From NCBI GenBank assembly GCA_963775425.1, contig CAVZJB010000005.1, forward strand, positions 448,001 to 512,000: DNA of 64,000 nucleotides. Reading direction: 5' to 3'. Position 1 is the stretch's first letter, and the number at the start of each line of letters is the position of its first letter. The translations under genes and the position numbers were made by a program. The DNA comes from an uncultured delta proteobacterium. Its GTDB lineage: Bacteria > Myxococcota > UBA727 > VGSZ01. Positions 28,158 through 38,084 of this stretch are shown here, in pieces. A model generated the notes under the pieces. It saw only the letters and a program-made list of their open reading frames with translations, was not told where the DNA came from and searched no databases.

Positions 28158-29065
28158 GCCGCGCGATCCCTCCACGAGCGTGGCGCGCCGCGGTGCTGCT
28201 GGCGGTGTGCGCGTCCACGGCGTCGTGCACGTTTCTCTATCTGTTCAACTCGGACCCGGAAGGGCTGCCGTGCGACTTCACCAACAGCGACCAAGGCGCC
28301 TGCCTCGACGGCTACGTCTGCGTCAACGTCGAGAGCGGCGACCCCGACAACCCCGACATCAACCCGGTGTGTCTGAAGGCGGGCGCCAAGAAGAAGGGCG
28401 AGGCCTGCGCGCGCAACGAGGAGTGCGACTCCGACCTCACGTGCAATACGCGCTTCGCCGCCTGCACCGGCGGCGGCGACGACTTCAACTGCGACCTCGT
28501 CTCCGACGCGGACAAGAACCTCGCGTGCCGCACCGTCTGTGATCCGCAAAACCCCACCGCGACCTGCAACGCCGACGAGGCCTGCGTCGACCTCGGCGAC
28601 GGCGCGCCCTTTTGTCAGAGCGGCACCTGCACGAGCGACAGCGACTGCAACGTCCACAACGGCAGCGGCTTCTGCATCGGCGAGGGGAACCCGCCGTCGA
28701 AGATCGGGTTCTGCTTCGAGGCGTGCAACCCGCTCGCGTGCAGCGGCGGGCAATGCCCGGACTGCAAAGGCGTGGACGGCGTGGTCGACGCCAGCGCCAA
28801 CTGCGTCCCCCTCCTCGACGAGGGCCTGACCACCAGCAACCGCACCATGTGCGACATCATCGGCACCACGGCGGACTTCTCCGCCTGCGATCCCCTCGGC
28901 GAGCCGTGCCAGGGCGGCGCCTTCTGCAACAACCTGATCTCCACGGGCCCCGTATGCACCCCGTGGTGCTTCTTCGACGGCAGCGATCAGGGCGGATCTC
29001 CCGGATGCTCGGCGCCCGCCCTCTGCAACAACATCGACGGCAGCACCATCGGCTTCTGCCTGTGA
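28154..29065 (+). CDS. Cys-rich lipoprotein
   Basis: Lipobox-like TASC; dense regularly spaced Cys; ATGA coupling. Confidence 0.8.
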   Translation: MSRAIPPRAWRAAVLLAVCASTASCTFLYLFNSDPEGLPCDFTNSDQGACLDGYVCVNVESGDPDNPDINPVCLKAGAKKKGEACARNEECDSDLTCNTRFAACTGGGDDFNCDLVSDADKNLACRTVCDPQNPTATCNADEACVDLGDGAPFCQSGTCTSDSDCNVHNGSGFCIGEGNPPSKIGFCFEACNPLACSGGQCPDCKGVDGVVDASANCVPLLDEGLTTSNRTMCDIIGTTADFSACDPLGEPCQGGAFCNNLISTGPVCTPWCFFDGSDQGGSPGCSAPALCNNIDGSTIGFCL

Positions 29066-29129
29066 CATCCCTGGATGCAGCGTCGGCCTTGATCGACATC
29101 CACGAGGCGGGAGAGGATCGCCCCGAGCG

Positions 29130-30548
29130 ATGAGTCAGGAACAGGCAAATACATTCCGCAAATACCGGGAGGCCCAGGACCCCCAGGGGAACCTCGCGTG
29201 GGCGCTGCGCCTGCAGCAGAAGGCGCTGCGCCAGGACCCCGAGGCCGCGGGGCGATTGAACGTCGAGCGCGACTTCGAGCTCACCGATGACGAGCGGGCG
29301 ATCTGGCGACTGCTCAAGCTGCCGCGCAAGTACATGGACCTCGAGCATTGCGGGCTCTTCTCCGTGGACCTGGCGCGTGGCGTGTTGCGCGGCTTCGTCG
29401 CCGCCGACGTCGTCGACATCGTCGAGATCTCCGAGGCCAAGGCGCTCCTCCCCGCGGAGATCAAGCGCGTCAAGGCGCAGCTCGCCGGCAAGGAGGTCGG
29501 CCGGCCGCGCGAGCCGTTGCGCGGCCGCGTGTACCGCCCCGACATCAGCGGGGGCGCGCCGGGGGAGGCGCCGCCGGCACAACCGGCGCCGCCGAGCGAG
29601 CCCCCCGCCGCGAGCGTGCCGGCACCGGTGGAGCTCCGGGAGCCGGCGCGCGCGCAGGCGTCTTCGCCGGGCACGCGCTCGCCGGCGTCGCGGTCCGCGG
29701 GCGGCCGGGCGCCGGCGACGAGCTCGCCGGGGATGCGGGCGCCGGCGCACACCGCGCCGGGCACGGGGCTCGACGACGACGAGCGCTTCTACGTGGCGGA
29801 GATCGAGCGGGCGTTCGCGGCCGCGCAGACGCAGAACCACTACGAGTTCCTCGGGCTGCAAAGGCCCACCGACGACGCCGCCGTGCGCGCGGCGTACGTG
29901 CGGCTCGCGCGCGAGTACCACCCCGATCGCGTCACCGGCGTGCTCGGAAAGGACGAGGGCCTGAAGGCGCACGTGGACGGGCTCTTCAAGCGCCTCGGCG
30001 AGGCCCAGGCCGCCGTCGCCAACGCCGAGGCGCGCAGCCAATACGATCGCACGCTCAACGCCCTCGGCGAGCAGGGGCAGACCTACGCCGGCGGGAAGCG
30101 CCAGCGCCGCCCCCTCGAGGCCAAGAACGCGTACCTGATGGCCGAGACCTACTTCAAGAAGAAGGACCTCAAGCAGGCGGAGGCGCACTACCGCCAGGCC
30201 GCGGTGTTCGACCCCGAAGATCCGAAGATCCTCACCGCGCTCGCGTTCTGCATCTGGCTCAACCCCGACCACGACGACAAGCAGCGCGCCGCGGAGGCGC
30301 GCAAGCGCTTGAGCGAAGTGGTCACCACGTACAGGTACGGTGACGCCGCCTACAAGCTCGGTCTGTTGTTGCGCAAGGAGAAAGACGAAGCCGGCGCCCA
30401 GCGCCAATTCTCCACCGCCAACCGCCTCGACCCCGATCACGTCGAGGCGCAGCGCGAGGTGCGCCTCACGCAGAGCCGCCACAAGAAGGCCGAGCAGGAG
30501 CGCAAGGACGCCGGAAGCTTCCTCGGCAAGCTCGGCCTCAAGAAATGA
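29130..30548 (+). CDS. DnaJ (J-domain) protein with TPRs
   Basis: NHYEFLGL...AYVRLAREYHPD; TPR-like helices downstream. Confidence 0.88.
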   Translation: MSQEQANTFRKYREAQDPQGNLAWALRLQQKALRQDPEAAGRLNVERDFELTDDERAIWRLLKLPRKYMDLEHCGLFSVDLARGVLRGFVAADVVDIVEISEAKALLPAEIKRVKAQLAGKEVGRPREPLRGRVYRPDISGGAPGEAPPAQPAPPSEPPAASVPAPVELREPARAQASSPGTRSPASRSAGGRAPATSSPGMRAPAHTAPGTGLDDDERFYVAEIERAFAAAQTQNHYEFLGLQRPTDDAAVRAAYVRLAREYHPDRVTGVLGKDEGLKAHVDGLFKRLGEAQAAVANAEARSQYDRTLNALGEQGQTYAGGKRQRRPLEAKNAYLMAETYFKKKDLKQAEAHYRQAAVFDPEDPKILTALAFCIWLNPDHDDKQRAAEARKRLSEVVTTYRYGDAAYKLGLLLRKEKDEAGAQRQFSTANRLDPDHVEAQREVRLTQSRHKKAEQERKDAGSFLGKLGLKK

Positions 30549-30585
30549 CGCGTCGCCCCGACCCCCCGACCGCCCGGCGCGCGCC

Positions 30586-31299
30586 ATGATGCTCGCCGTC
30601 GGCCTCGCGCTCGCGACGTTGGCGGCGCCGCCGTCGACGACGCCGCCCGCGGCGGCGCCGGCTCCGCCGGGGCGGGTGAAGCTCATCGTCCTCGAGCCGG
30701 TCGGCGAGAGCGTCGACGCGGCGACCATCGCCACGATCGCCAGCCTGGTGTCCGTGGAGCTCGCGCGGGACACGCGCTACGACGTGCTCTCCGCGGGAGA
30801 CGTGAAGCGGATGACGCAGTTCTCCGCCGAAAAGCAGGACGTGGGCTGTACCGACGACGGCTGCCTGGCGGAGCTGGCGGGCGCGTTGGGGGCGAACCTC
30901 ATCGTCTACGGCGACGTGGGCAAGCTCGGCGACGTCCTCGTCGTGAACCTCAACGTCTTCGATGCCAAGAAGGCGCGCGCCGAGAGCCGCGTCTCCATCC
31001 AGGTCACGGACCCGGGCGAGCTGCCGGCTCGCATCCCGGCTGCCACGAAGCAGCTCATCGCGCCGGTGTCGAGCGCCCTGTTCGGCGGCGCCGCCGCGCC
31101 GGTGCCGTTCAACCTGCCGTGGACGGCGGGGATGATCGGCGCCGGCGTCGTCCTCGTAGGCTTCGGCGTCGCCTTCGACGCGCTCTCCGAGACGAGCAGC
31201 AACGGCGAGCTCGACATCGGCGACTTCTGCGGCCCGGTCTTCGTCGCCGCCGGCGTCGGCGCCGCCGCGCTCGGGCTGTTCGTGCCGGTGGCGCCGTGA
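30586..31299 (+). CDS. Secreted/membrane hypothetical protein (myxobacterial type)
   Basis: Signal peptide, CxDDGCLAELAGALGA..IVYG motif, C-terminal hydrophobic segments. Confidence 0.7.
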   Translation: MMLAVGLALATLAAPPSTTPPAAAPAPPGRVKLIVLEPVGESVDAATIATIASLVSVELARDTRYDVLSAGDVKRMTQFSAEKQDVGCTDDGCLAELAGALGANLIVYGDVGKLGDVLVVNLNVFDAKKARAESRVSIQVTDPGELPARIPAATKQLIAPVSSALFGGAAAPVPFNLPWTAGMIGAGVVLVGFGVAFDALSETSSNGELDIGDFCGPVFVAAGVGAAALGLFVPVAP

Positions 31300-31619
31300 A
31301 CGCCTGCCGCGCCGCCCTCGCCGCCGTCGCCCTGCTTGCCTCCTCCTGCGGCATCGCCAACGCCATCAGCGGCGACGACCTCAACAGCGACACGAGTTGC
31401 AGCGCCGGCATCGGCGACAGCGGCTGTGTCTGCACCGGCGCCGACTGCGCGTGCATCGACGGGTTCAACTGCCGTTGCTCCGGCAACGGATGCACCGTCG
31501 CCGTCGACGACGACTCCAACACGAGCTGCACCGGACCCGGGTGCGCGTGCGACGACACGCAGTGCGTCTGCGAAGGCGCCACCGGCTGCACCTGCGTCGG
31601 CGCTTGCGGAACGCCCTGA
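31296..31619 (+). CDS. Small Cys-rich lipoprotein
   Basis: LASSC lipobox-like motif; repeated CxC units; GTGA coupling. Confidence 0.7.
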   Translation: MNACRAALAAVALLASSCGIANAISGDDLNSDTSCSAGIGDSGCVCTGADCACIDGFNCRCSGNGCTVAVDDDSNTSCTGPGCACDDTQCVCEGATGCTCVGACGTP

Positions 31620-31624
31620 GCTCG

Positions 31625-33037
31625 TCAGACCGGCTTGAGGATGGGCAGCGGCGCCTGCGGCAACACCGCCGTCAGCGGGAAGCGTGAGGCGATCGCGTCG
31701 TCGATGCCGAAGCCGAGGGCTTCGCGCACGGCGAGGTGGACGTGGCCCGAGGTGAGCACGATGTCGCCGTCGTCGGCGGCGACGACGTCGCCGCCCTGGA
31801 GCTTCACGGGCTTGGCGAGGATGCCGTTGGCGGCGCCTCCGCCGGGGTTGCGGGTGGTGGTGGCGCCGACCACGCGGCCGCCCTGGATGAGCGGCGTCGC
31901 CGCGCCCGCCGCCGCCACCATCATGCTGGTCACCGGCCAGTGGTCCTTGCCGCCGTCGTCGTTGTAGCGCGTCCGGCCGAAGTCCAATCCGACGACGACG
32001 AGCACGCCGCGCGCGGCGAGGATGGGGTCGTTTTCCGCGGTGTCCAGGACGAAGTCCACGATCTCGAGGAGGTTCTGCATGGACACGGGGTGGTCGGCGT
32101 CGTGCGCCGTGTGCGTGTCGAACGACTCGCTGGTCTCGAGGTGTCCGGCGACGCACGCGCCCGCCGACATCGCGGCGAGGATGGCGGCGGCCTGCGGGAT
32201 CACCGGGTTCGTCGACGTCACCGACGACGCCGCGTCGAGCGCCGTCGCCAGCTCGTCGAACTGCGCGAAGACCTCTTCGCTGCGCGCGGGGGCCACCCGC
32301 AGGATGCCCGCGACCTCGCGCGGCACCGACGCCGCCTGCGCCCGCCGCTGATCCCGCAGCCGCACGCGCTCGCGGATGAGCGACATGACGCCGTCGTCGT
32401 GGAAGCGCCGGGCGCTCGAGGCCACCTGGGCGTTCGGGATGTTGCTGCGCGCGAGGCCGAGCAGCACGTCGACGTTCCCCGCGCGCGTGATGGGAACGAG
32501 GCCCTCGGTGTTCACGAAGCCGCCGGTGGTCATGAGCGACATCGGCAGCGTCGCCCCGCGCGAGGCCGCGAACATGCCGGCGAGCGTGGGGATGCCCTCG
32601 CGGTTGCTCCCGGTGAACGCGACGCGGGGGCCGATGTCGTGGCTGACCGTGGCGTTGTCGACGCCGTTTACGACGACGAGCCGCTGGCCGTGCTTCGCGA
32701 AGAAGTCCTGCGCGTCGTCGCCGACGACGTAGGGGTCCTTGGACACCACGTTGTCGGCGTTGTCGACGACGAGGCTCGGTGCGTAGCGGATCTGCGTGCC
32801 CGCCACCGTGCGGATGTCGGCGTCGGCCCAGCGCGTGAACGCCGCGTCCACCTTGGGATCGGTGAGGAAGGTCGGGTCCCACGCGCGCGCGGCCTCGATG
32901 GTGACGAGGAGCGGGCCGGTGCTCGAGCCCGAACCGGTGGCGCGGGCGAACCGCCGGCCGCGCCGCGGATCGGGCAGGAACATGGTGGCGGCACCGGCGG
33001 CGGTCACGGCGAGGAGGTCACGGCGGTTGATGCGCAT
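31625..33037 (-). CDS. Tat-exported DUF1501-like protein
   Basis: NRRDLL twin-arginine signal, WDPTF, FDTH, DFGRT..N..GGKDHW, GGRVVG. Confidence 0.85.
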   Translation of the reverse strand: MRINRRDLLAVTAAGAATMFLPDPRRGRRFARATGSGSSTGPLLVTIEAARAWDPTFLTDPKVDAAFTRWADADIRTVAGTQIRYAPSLVVDNADNVVSKDPYVVGDDAQDFFAKHGQRLVVVNGVDNATVSHDIGPRVAFTGSNREGIPTLAGMFAASRGATLPMSLMTTGGFVNTEGLVPITRAGNVDVLLGLARSNIPNAQVASSARRFHDDGVMSLIRERVRLRDQRRAQAASVPREVAGILRVAPARSEEVFAQFDELATALDAASSVTSTNPVIPQAAAILAAMSAGACVAGHLETSESFDTHTAHDADHPVSMQNLLEIVDFVLDTAENDPILAARGVLVVVGLDFGRTRYNDDGGKDHWPVTSMMVAAAGAATPLIQGGRVVGATTTRNPGGGAANGILAKPVKLQGGDVVAADDGDIVLTSGHVHLAVREALGFGIDDAIASRFPLTAVLPQAPLPILKPV

Positions 33038-33105
33038 GGGGTACCTCGAAAACGGCGAAGCGGGCGGGAGGGGCGAGAGCGACGACGACGGCGTGGCGGG
33101 AGGGG

Positions 33106-35868
33106 TTACTCGGTGAAGAAGCGCGGATCCTGGAGCAGGTAGCTGACCACGGCCATCCACGCGCGGATGATGTAGTCGGGGTCGTCGCGCACGACGGCGC
33201 GGCCGTCGGCGGGATACGGCGTCCGCGCCACGTCGAAGCTCGAGGTCGCGCGGCAGTCGGTGGGGAGCTGCGCGGTGGCGTCCCCGGAGGCGATGAGCCC
33301 GCGCCCGCGGGCGAGGACGTCGTCGAACAGCGCCACGCTCGCCTCGAGCTCCTGGTCGCCGTCGTTCACGTCTTCGTCGAGCAGCAGCGCGTGCAGCCGC
33401 TTGAGCTGCGCGCGCACGGCGGCGTCACCGTCGTCGCTGGCGTCGGCCAGCGTGAACAGCTTGCGCTGCGCGGGGTCGGTGACGGCGAAGTCCTGCGGCA
33501 CGCCGATGCACGACATCTCGTTCGACATGCGCTCCACGATGCGCGTCAGCACCGGCGACGGATCGCGGAAGCGCCTGGAGATGGCGTCGTAGTTGATGCC
33601 GCCGAACAGGATCCGGTACTGCTTCACGTCGAGGAGCAGCTTGCTCCCGGTGGGCGATCGGTTGAGCCGGTAGTTGAAGCCGAAGATGGACGCGAGCTTC
33701 CGGTCGAGCTGCTCGGGCGTGATCATCACGCCGCGTCCGACGCCGGCGAGCTCCAGGCCGCGCTTCTCGACGTCGGTGAGGGACGCACCGTCGGCGGAGC
33801 CGGCGCGGAACACCTCGCTGTTGACGATGTCCTTCACGAGGGCCTTCACGCGCAGGCCGTCGTCCCCGGCGAACTTGTGCCGGAGGTCGGACTCGATCTT
33901 GTGCTGGATGGCCACAGCGAGGCTCTTGGCGGCGAAGTCGGGGTCGGCGGCGTCGACGTTGTTGTCGAGCTCGTTGTAGCCGCACAGCCCCTGGAGCACG
34001 GGCATGAGCATCGCCAGCGGGAAGCGCTCGTGCGTCACCACCTGTTGCGCCGCGAACTGCAGCGGATCGCCGCTGCCGTCCCAGGGCGTGTCGAGGAAGC
34101 CCGGCGCGGGCATGTCCTGAAGCTGGGACGCCGGCGCGTTCTTGCGGTACTGCCCGTTGCCCACGAAGTGCTGCCAGAGTCCGGCGAGCGGGTCGACGGC
34201 GGAGTGACACGCCGTGCACGCGACGTACTCCTGCGTGGCCTGCTCGAGGTCGGCGTCGGGGGGCAGCGTGGCCGTGGAGAACTCCGCGAACTTCATCACG
34301 TCGATGTCCAACAAGCGGCGCATGATGAGCGACTGCGCGCGCCCGCGGTTCTTGTTCGACGTCGTCGTCGGCCAGCGGCCGAGCATGGCCTGCGTGGTGA
34401 GGAGGCCGGCGTGTGGGTACTGCACACCGGCGCCGGCGGCGCCGACGTTGTTGAACGCGGTCTTGTGGATCTTGGCGGTGTGCGTCTCGGTGGCGTCGTT
34501 GTTCGGGTTGGTGTCGAACATGGCGGCGCGCTCGGCGTCGGTGAAGCCGTAGAACGTCGCCGACAGCGGCGTGACGATGGTGTGGTCGAGCGTCACCGCG
34601 TCTGAGATGGGGCGGTCGTTCTTCACGATGTCGACGAGGAGGTCGAGCGGCTCGCGGGCGAGCGTCTCGATGAGCGCGTCCTCCTTGCCGGCGCAGTAGT
34701 CGGCCGAGAAGAATTCGCTGCAGCAGTCGTCCGTGGCCGGGTCGCACTGTTGGTTGCGCGTGCCCTCGGGGCCGTAGAAGAAGCGGCGCGTGTATTGCCC
34801 GTTGCGGTTGAGCACGCGGCGGCCGCCCATCTGCTTGGTGAAGCGATCGGTGAGGAACCAGTCGGCATACATCTCGGCGAGGCGCTCGTCGAACGCGGGC
34901 GTCGCCATCAAGGCGTCGAGCTGCTGAGCGAGCGCGTCCTCGGTGTCGGGCATGGACGCGAGATCCTCGGGCGTGGCGACGTCGCCGGTGAGCGCGAGCT
35001 TCGCGCGCGCGTAGGTCTCACGCGGCGACAAGAGCGCCACGCGCGACAGCGCGGCGGCGGCGGGGTCGTCGACGCCGGCGCAGGCGTCCGGGTTTCGCAG
35101 CCGGTTGGCGAACGCCTGGATGAGCCGGTCCTCCTCGCTGCCCGGCGTGATGACGAGGCCGCCCAGGTGGCCCTCGTCGAGCCGCTGCGACGGCTTGGCC
35201 ACGATGCGTGGCAGCGTGTCGCCGTCGGTGGTGGTCTCGTCGATGAGCGCGAAGGGCGTGATGATGTCGACGCTTCGCTGCGCCCAGTCGTCGACGCCGG
35301 GGAACGGCAGCTCGTAGGAGAGCCCGAAGGCGCGGGCGAGGCCGAGCTCGTTGTGGCAGCCCTGGCAGCGCGAGAACACCTTCGGGTACAGCTCCTGCTC
35401 GTAGGCCTGCGCCGCCGTGCGGCAGCCCTCGAACGCGACGGTGATGGTGCTCGTCAGCGCGACGTCGCCGTCGTCGGTGGCGACCACGGCGGAGACGGTG
35501 GCGTCGCCGGTGTCGACGGAGGAGAGCGTGACGGTGGCGTCGCCGGCGTCGTCGCTGACGGTGGGCGTCCCGAGGGTGCCGAGGTCGCTCGCGAAGGTGA
35601 CGGTGAGCCCGGGCAGGGGGTGCCCGGCGGTGTCCACGAGGTGCGCGGTGACGGTGAAGGCGGCGATGCCGTCGGCGGGCAGGGAGCTGCCGGGGTCGGC
35701 GCTCAGGACCGAGGCCTCATCGAACGGGGCCGGCGGGGTGTCTCCCTCGCCCTCGCCCTCGCCCGTGCCTTTCGGGTGGCGGCCGTCGCCGGGCAAGGCC
35801 GTCGAGCACCCCGCGCCAGCGAGGACGAAGAGGGCGCTCGTAACGGCGAGAAGGGGGCGCATGCGCAT
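33106..35868 (-). CDS. Lipoprotein with Ig-like domain, two heme-c motifs and DUF1592/DUF1588-like region
   Basis: GAGC lipobox; ADG...VTA...G.PLPG..VTF Ig-like domain; CQGCH and CTACH; HAGLLT...NRGRA. Confidence 0.8.
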   Translation of the reverse strand: MRMRPLLAVTSALFVLAGAGCSTALPGDGRHPKGTGEGEGEGDTPPAPFDEASVLSADPGSSLPADGIAAFTVTAHLVDTAGHPLPGLTVTFASDLGTLGTPTVSDDAGDATVTLSSVDTGDATVSAVVATDDGDVALTSTITVAFEGCRTAAQAYEQELYPKVFSRCQGCHNELGLARAFGLSYELPFPGVDDWAQRSVDIITPFALIDETTTDGDTLPRIVAKPSQRLDEGHLGGLVITPGSEEDRLIQAFANRLRNPDACAGVDDPAAAALSRVALLSPRETYARAKLALTGDVATPEDLASMPDTEDALAQQLDALMATPAFDERLAEMYADWFLTDRFTKQMGGRRVLNRNGQYTRRFFYGPEGTRNQQCDPATDDCCSEFFSADYCAGKEDALIETLAREPLDLLVDIVKNDRPISDAVTLDHTIVTPLSATFYGFTDAERAAMFDTNPNNDATETHTAKIHKTAFNNVGAAGAGVQYPHAGLLTTQAMLGRWPTTTSNKNRGRAQSLIMRRLLDIDVMKFAEFSTATLPPDADLEQATQEYVACTACHSAVDPLAGLWQHFVGNGQYRKNAPASQLQDMPAPGFLDTPWDGSGDPLQFAAQQVVTHERFPLAMLMPVLQGLCGYNELDNNVDAADPDFAAKSLAVAIQHKIESDLRHKFAGDDGLRVKALVKDIVNSEVFRAGSADGASLTDVEKRGLELAGVGRGVMITPEQLDRKLASIFGFNYRLNRSPTGSKLLLDVKQYRILFGGINYDAISRRFRDPSPVLTRIVERMSNEMSCIGVPQDFAVTDPAQRKLFTLADASDDGDAAVRAQLKRLHALLLDEDVNDGDQELEASVALFDDVLARGRGLIASGDATAQLPTDCRATSSFDVARTPYPADGRAVVRDDPDYIIRAWMAVVSYLLQDPRFFTE

Positions 35869-36018
35869 CAGGCAAACCTCCGCATGGCCTGACGATGTCA
35901 CGCGGATCCGCCGCCCCCGCCGCGGCGCCCGGGCGGCGTGACAGAAATGTCCCAGGGGGGCAGCCCCCCGCGCCCGCGCCCGGACGCCGCCGTTTGCACG
36001 CGCGGCCGGAGGAGCGCC

Positions 36019-37254
36019 TCAGGGCTCGGCGCAGACCACGCCCCGCTTGGAGGCGCAGGACACCGCCCGCCACTGGCCCGTGTTGGTGGTTCGCGCGGCG
36101 ATGCAATCCGCCTGGCCCGCGACGTCTACGGGGTCGTTGGCGCCGAAGAACGCCGGGTCCGGCGGGACGCCGTCGGAGGTGAGGAACACGCCGTCGGTGA
36201 CGCTGTCGCTGACGTCGACCCACACGAGCTTGCGCGAGAGGGCGCGCAGCGCCTTGTTCTGCGCGAGCGACGCCGGCAGGACGACGCGCGCGGTGGGCGA
36301 CACCCGCAAGGCGCAGGCGGCCTGGGCGTCGGCGGCCTTGAGGCCCACGGAGAACGTGTCGTTGAGGCGGACGAAGCAGCGGCCCTCGACGAGGATGACG
36401 GTGGTGTCGGCGGGGTGCGGGCAGGCGGTGGCGTGGCAGGTGGCGTCGCAGCCGGGGTCGCCGTCGCACTCCTCGAGGGCGCCGTCGCGGACGCCGTTGC
36501 CGCACCTGGGCACCTCACACAGGGCGCCGCTGCGCCGCTGCCCGCAGTCGATGTCCGCCCACAGCCCGTCGGTGCCGGCGTCGATGCAGCTCTCGGTGAC
36601 GCCCTCGGGCAGGTCCGCGGGCTCTCCGTCGGCGAAGAACTGGCGCACGTTGCCGGGCGGCACCTCGAACGAGTGCGGGAGGAAGCGCGTGACACCGACA
36701 CCGCCGAGGTCGATGAAGTCCTGCATCCCGATGAGCACGCGCACGCCGTCGGGGACGATGTCGGCGACGACGTCCGGCTCGTTCCCGCTCAGGGGCACGG
36801 CGAGCTGCCCGGCCTCGGACGCGCACGTCGCGAGCGCCTGGGCGAGCGTGAGGCTCTCGGTCGGCCGCAAATGATAAAAGCAGCTCCCGGTGTTGGCGCG
36901 GACGCCGTCGACGCCGTCGACGACGGGGCAGGGCCCGTCTCCCTCCCCCTCTCCCTCGCCTTCGCCTTCGCCCTCGCCTTCTCCTTCTCCTTCTCCTTCG
37001 CCCTCGCCTTCTCCTTCCCCTTCTCCCTCGCCCTCTCCTTCGCCTTCGCCCTCTCCTTCCCCTTCTCCTTCGCCCGCCTGGGCCGCGGCGCACACGCCGT
37101 CGACGCAGGCGGCGCCGGCGCCGCAGACGACGTCGTCGGCGCAGGGGATCTCGGCGGAGAAGAGGTGGCACCCGTCGACGCCGATAGCGACCGCCACGGC
37201 GGCGCCGGCGACGGCGACATCGAACAGGCGCGGGCGGCGAGGGGCCGGGCTCAC
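36019..37254 (-). CDS. Lipoprotein with (EG)n linker and two C-type-lectin-like domains
   Basis: SCFY...A...C...LA...CI...GLWADIDC...LCE and a second similar domain; CGNG..D...EECD myxobacterial Cys repeat. Confidence 0.78.
   Translation of the reverse strand: MSPAPRRPRLFDVAVAGAAVAVAIGVDGCHLFSAEIPCADDVVCGAGAACVDGVCAAAQAGEGEGEGEGEGEGEGEGEGEGEGEGEGEGEGEGEGEGEGEGEGEGDGPCPVVDGVDGVRANTGSCFYHLRPTESLTLAQALATCASEAGQLAVPLSGNEPDVVADIVPDGVRVLIGMQDFIDLGGVGVTRFLPHSFEVPPGNVRQFFADGEPADLPEGVTESCIDAGTDGLWADIDCGQRRSGALCEVPRCGNGVRDGALEECDGDPGCDATCHATACPHPADTTVILVEGRCFVRLNDTFSVGLKAADAQAACALRVSPTARVVLPASLAQNKALRALSRKLVWVDVSDSVTDGVFLTSDGVPPDPAFFGANDPVDVAGQADCIAARTTNTGQWRAVSCASKRGVVCAEP
36940..37074 (-). repeat. 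Coding 6-bp tandem repeat encoding about 22 Glu-Gly units
   Basis: Degenerate ccctcg/ccttcg/ccttct hexamers varying at synonymous positions. Confidence 0.9.
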
Positions 37255-37931
37255 GGCGACGCGCTCATGCCGTAGGCGAGCGTGCCCGCGCCCGCGATCC
37301 CGAAGACGAACGCACCGACGACGCCCGCGATGCCCACGGCGCGGACGGCCTCATACTCGTCCCGCGTGCGGCCGGCGACCGGCGCGCCGAGGACGTTGTC
37401 GGCGACGAGCGCGGCGGCCGCCGCGGCGGCGGCGACGGCGACGAGCGCGGCGCCGGTGACGGCGGCGCCGACGCCCACTCCGTCGTCGTCGGACCCGCCC
37501 GGCGCGCCGGCGGGGGCCTTGGCGGCGCGCGCGGGCTCCGGCGGCGGCGGCGGCGGCGGGGTCGGCGCCGCGCGCTCCTCCCGCGGCGCGTCGACGGGAG
37601 CGGGCAGACGTGAGCGGGTGTCTTCGAAGAGCCGGAGGATCTTCGGCGAGCTGCCGGCCGGCAGCGTCAGCGTGCTGTCGATCGCGAGCGCCGCCGCGAA
37701 GGCGACGCGCGCGCCGTTTTCGTCGAGGAGCGACGCGCGCGCGAGGCCGAGCGTCAGCCACGCGCGGGCGCGAACGTCGTCGCCCACGGCCGGGTCGGCG
37801 ACGAGGGCGGAGAGATCCGCTTCGGCGTCCTCGAGGCGGAGCGCGTCGAGCGCTGCCTGGGCGTCGGACAGGCGCGCCTCGGGTGAAGCGGTGGGCGCCT
37901 GGGCGAGCACGAGCGCAACGAGCGTCAGCAC
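37251..37931 (-). CDS. TPR-like secreted/membrane protein
   Basis: ARAWLTLG...ARVAFAAALAID...SPKI motif, Pro-rich linker, hydrophobic C-terminus. Confidence 0.68.
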   Translation of the reverse strand: MLTLVALVLAQAPTASPEARLSDAQAALDALRLEDAEADLSALVADPAVGDDVRARAWLTLGLARASLLDENGARVAFAAALAIDSTLTLPAGSSPKILRLFEDTRSRLPAPVDAPREERAAPTPPPPPPPEPARAAKAPAGAPGGSDDDGVGVGAAVTGAALVAVAAAAAAAALVADNVLGAPVAGRTRDEYEAVRAVGIAGVVGAFVFGIAGAGTLAYGMSASP

Positions 37932-38084
37932 ATCGGTATGAGTACCACGCCGCCTCCAGCTCACATCCGGACGAGCGCCGAGGCCGCTTCGCCCCGCGCG
38001 GCCGGCGTCGCGCGCGCCCACGCAAAGCCCTTCGCGACAAGACCCCTCGTGACCGCAGCGTCGACGGGGTACCCTCGACGAGCT

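Noticed and set aside
35896-35943. TGTCACGC...GCGTGACA inverted repeat resembling an ECF41 -35 element
   Set aside because: No matching -10 at 16 bp and a long GC spacer; may be chance
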